Positions 61,737 to 64,000 of a stretch of DNA of 64,000 nt are shown here, in pieces (positions within the stretch are counted from its first letter, which is position 1; each line of letters starts with the position of its first letter). Under the pieces are notes generated by a model. It searched no databases and was not told where the DNA came from. It saw only the letters and a program-made list of their open reading frames with translations. This DNA is from Bacteroidia bacterium (GTDB taxonomy: Bacteria; Bacteroidota; Bacteroidia; M30B66), in assembly GCA_965279035.1 (NCBI GenBank), contig OZ257142.1:3456001-3520000 (forward strand). Reading direction: 5' to 3'. A program made the position numbers and the translations under genes.

Positions 61737-62447
61737 TTATTCAATTACAAGTTCTTTCTTTTTAAGAAACATAATTCCAACTACAATCAGCCAAACCAAC
61801 CAAAGGGTGCTTCCGATAAAACCTGCCATGTCCCATACAGGAAAATCGGGCATCACCGTTGCAAATAATTCTGCTTGTGCTAACAAATAAATAAACGAAC
61901 TGATGAAGCCAAGCCAGTTAACCCATTTAGGAATCAGGTTTAATTTGCCAAATGAAAAGGAAATCATAACTGTCCATGCAATGGTAAATAACTGTCCTAA
62001 ATGCTCACCTAAAATAACTCCACCATATTGATGAATTGTTTTGAAGGCAACAATAGCAGCAGCTTTTGTTGGTTCATCAACAGCGGTAACAAATGTGTTT
62101 GCCAAAACAGGCACAACAAATGTCCAACGCAATAAGCCAATCATTTGAACGATTAAACCAATAACTCCAATGTTGGTAGCAACTCGAACCAAAGAAGTTT
62201 TATTTTCCAATTGTTGACCTAAGAGAATATAAGCAGGTAATAATGGAATACCAGTGATGGCAAAAGCAAACCATGTCCAAATTAAATTATTACCACCTTG
62301 ATGAAATTTTGTGAGAATGGTAGCAGTGTCCTGTCTTAGTATGACAGGATACTCAAAAATGATTGTTAGAATAGTGTAAGGGATAAATAATGCGATAGCA
62401 CCAGCTATCAATAAGTATCCGATTGTTTTGTAATTATTCTTTTTCAT
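61737..62447 (-). CDS. DUF4386-like membrane protein
   Basis: FEYP.ILR, IGLLRW.FVVP, GEHLG; multi-TM. Confidence 0.75.
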   Translation of the reverse strand: MKKNNYKTIGYLLIAGAIALFIPYTILTIIFEYPVILRQDTATILTKFHQGGNNLIWTWFAFAITGIPLLPAYILLGQQLENKTSLVRVATNIGVIGLIVQMIGLLRWTFVVPVLANTFVTAVDEPTKAAAIVAFKTIHQYGGVILGEHLGQLFTIAWTVMISFSFGKLNLIPKWVNWLGFISSFIYLLAQAELFATVMPDFPVWDMAGFIGSTLWLVWLIVVGIMFLKKKELVIE

Positions 62448-62452
62448 GATTT

Positions 62453-62911
62453 TTATTTTTTATTAAAGAAGAATGAATAACTGATTCCACCTGCGGGATT
62501 AAACTTTAAACTTTCGCCTTCGGCTGCAACTGAAATAGCACCAATGCGAAGGTTAAGCCCTTTCCAAATCATCCAACGAAAGCCTACTTCCGTTCCTAAC
62601 GCATTTTTGTCTTTATAGTCATGGTCTAATCCTCTCATGTAAGATGCACCTGCATAGAATGAGGAAGGATTTTCTTTTTTGCCAACAGGAAGAAACCAAT
62701 AGGTAAGACCTGTTTTGACAAAGTTGTTGGTTACGCCTGAAAATGCGGTAAGGTAATATCCTGCATGGACGGAAACCTGTTGATACCTGAATTCTGCACC
62801 AATTGATGGCGCACGAAAGGCGTTAATACTTAATTCGCTTTTTGAAAAGCGACTCTGCGAATAGGCAGATGTTGACAATAATAACATGAGTAACATAATT
62901 TGTTTTTTCAT
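62453..62911 (-). CDS. Probable small outer-membrane beta-barrel protein
   Basis: Signal peptide, amphipathic strands, C-terminal GISYSFF. Confidence 0.65.
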   Translation of the reverse strand: MKKQIMLLMLLLSTSAYSQSRFSKSELSINAFRAPSIGAEFRYQQVSVHAGYYLTAFSGVTNNFVKTGLTYWFLPVGKKENPSSFYAGASYMRGLDHDYKDKNALGTEVGFRWMIWKGLNLRIGAISVAAEGESLKFNPAGGISYSFFFNKK

Positions 62912-62948
62912 TTTTATTTTTGATTTTTAATTGTGAATGATTAATTAT

Positions 62949-63515
62949 TTAATTATTGATTTTGTTTTTTGAATTTATCTGCTTCCAGTCGTTGTAAAGA
63001 AAAATTCCCCACACCACCTCAACAGTTTGGAGCATGGCATACCCTGATGATAATGCCCAACCAAAATACGATTGACCCGATTGAACATTGATAAACACTA
63101 ATAGAAAAAGGATGCTTGGAATTAATCCTGTTATCCGCAGCCACATAGGATAAAGACTGCACCAAAACATGAAAATGAAAGATGGTATCATTGGTATTGC
63201 CATCATTATACCTCTGTCAGCATTTATTCCAACCTTATTCAATGATGATAAAGAAATGCCATGTGCAATACCAAGTAAAATATATGCAGATGCTGATACA
63301 TGCTGTCCACGCAGCCCTGTATATCTTGCAGCCATCACCGATGCTGAAATTGCGAACGCATTTGCAATTTGATAGTGTAACAATTCATAGCTTAAACTAT
63401 TGCTGAACAGATAGCCAACTGAAGTGCATATTAAATTTAAGCTATACCCAATGAGTATAATTAATACAAGGCTTTTGTTTTCAAAATCACTTTTGCTCAT
63501 AGCAGTTGAATTCAT
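62949..63515 (-). CDS. Membrane protein
   Basis: About six hydrophobic segments. Confidence 0.7.
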   Translation of the reverse strand: MNSTAMSKSDFENKSLVLIILIGYSLNLICTSVGYLFSNSLSYELLHYQIANAFAISASVMAARYTGLRGQHVSASAYILLGIAHGISLSSLNKVGINADRGIMMAIPMIPSFIFMFWCSLYPMWLRITGLIPSILFLLVFINVQSGQSYFGWALSSGYAMLQTVEVVWGIFLYNDWKQINSKNKINN

Positions 63516-63547
63516 TGTAGCAGTTTTTAAATTTTACAAATGATTTA

Positions 63548-64000
63548 TTATTTCTGTTGTTGTTTATCTTCTGATTTCTTTTTTAGTTCAGCAAGCCAAA
63601 CATTATGCATCTTTCTTAATTTATTCGGTTGAACTATTTTTTCCAAAGAAGTAAGCCAGCCGTTTTGAGATTCATCAACAATTACTTTGCAGCCTTTTTC
63701 TGTCGGCACAATCAACCAAACAGTATAGGCTTGAACACTTTTCTTTTTTGATTCCCAAGCCAACAAATTATTTGGCTCATATTGCTTAATGGAAGATTGA
63801 AATTTCATTCCCATTGTGTGCCAATTAAAAACTGAATTGGATTCTAATATTGTGTCAGTAAGATTTGCATACGAGACATTTTTTGCACCTCTATACCATT
63901 CTTCCCACTTTAAAGCATCAATTAAAAATTCCCAAACAATATTTGCAGAAGCATTTATTTCTATTTCGTTGTGAACAAAGAATTTGCCTTTGTCGGGATT
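63548..64000 (-). CDS. SRPBCC/polyketide cyclase-like protein (5' end beyond window)
   Basis: Frame open to the edge; NEIEINASANIVWEFLID..KWEEW...YEPNNLLAW. Confidence 0.75.
   Translation of the reverse strand, partial: NPDKGKFFVHNEIEINASANIVWEFLIDALKWEEWYRGAKNVSYANLTDTILESNSVFNWHTMGMKFQSSIKQYEPNNLLAWESKKKSVQAYTVWLIVPTEKGCKVIVDESQNGWLTSLEKIVQPNKLRKMHNVWLAELKKKSEDKQQQK

Larger units (their letters stand above)
1..64000 (-). mobile_element. Integron-like gene cassette array (25 attC-like sites, no integrase in window), extends beyond both edges
   Basis: Regular alternation of ~132-bp TAAC...GTTA palindromic repeats with short, mostly minus-strand, unrelated genes; the two ends of each cassette are mutually complementary. 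Confidence 0.9.

Noticed and set aside
1-64000. Integron integrase, attI or Pc
   Set aside because: No tyrosine recombinase ORF is visible in the window

Overview
The whole 64-kb window is one integron-like gene-cassette array from an AT-rich Bacteroidota genome (T9SS cargo proteins, TAnnTTTG promoters). I find 25 imperfect-palindrome recombination sites (TAAC...GTTA, 131-133 bp, several sequence families) separating cassettes of 0.4-9.5 kb, mostly encoded on the minus strand. No integrase or attI is visible in the window. The sites depart from textbook attC in three ways: fixed length, four AAT(G) boxes phased about 18 nt apart, and cassette-specific extended terminal arms (9 bp + TG/TT mismatch + 4-6 bp) that covary. 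Seven apparently identical 1265-bp IS110 elements sit at the inferred crossover point of one site family. Their left end carries a readable bridge RNA whose guides match the target site, the IS circle junction and the post-insertion junctions. Cargo includes a viperin with a LytS/LytTR pair, a doubly inactivated type IIG R-M gene, an HNH nuclease, TA pairs, a PolyVal-type kinase, four copies of a two-gene T9SS module, and two families of repeated ORF-less cassettes. IS3 and IS4 elements have further disrupted the array. All calls were made by eye; no database searches were run.
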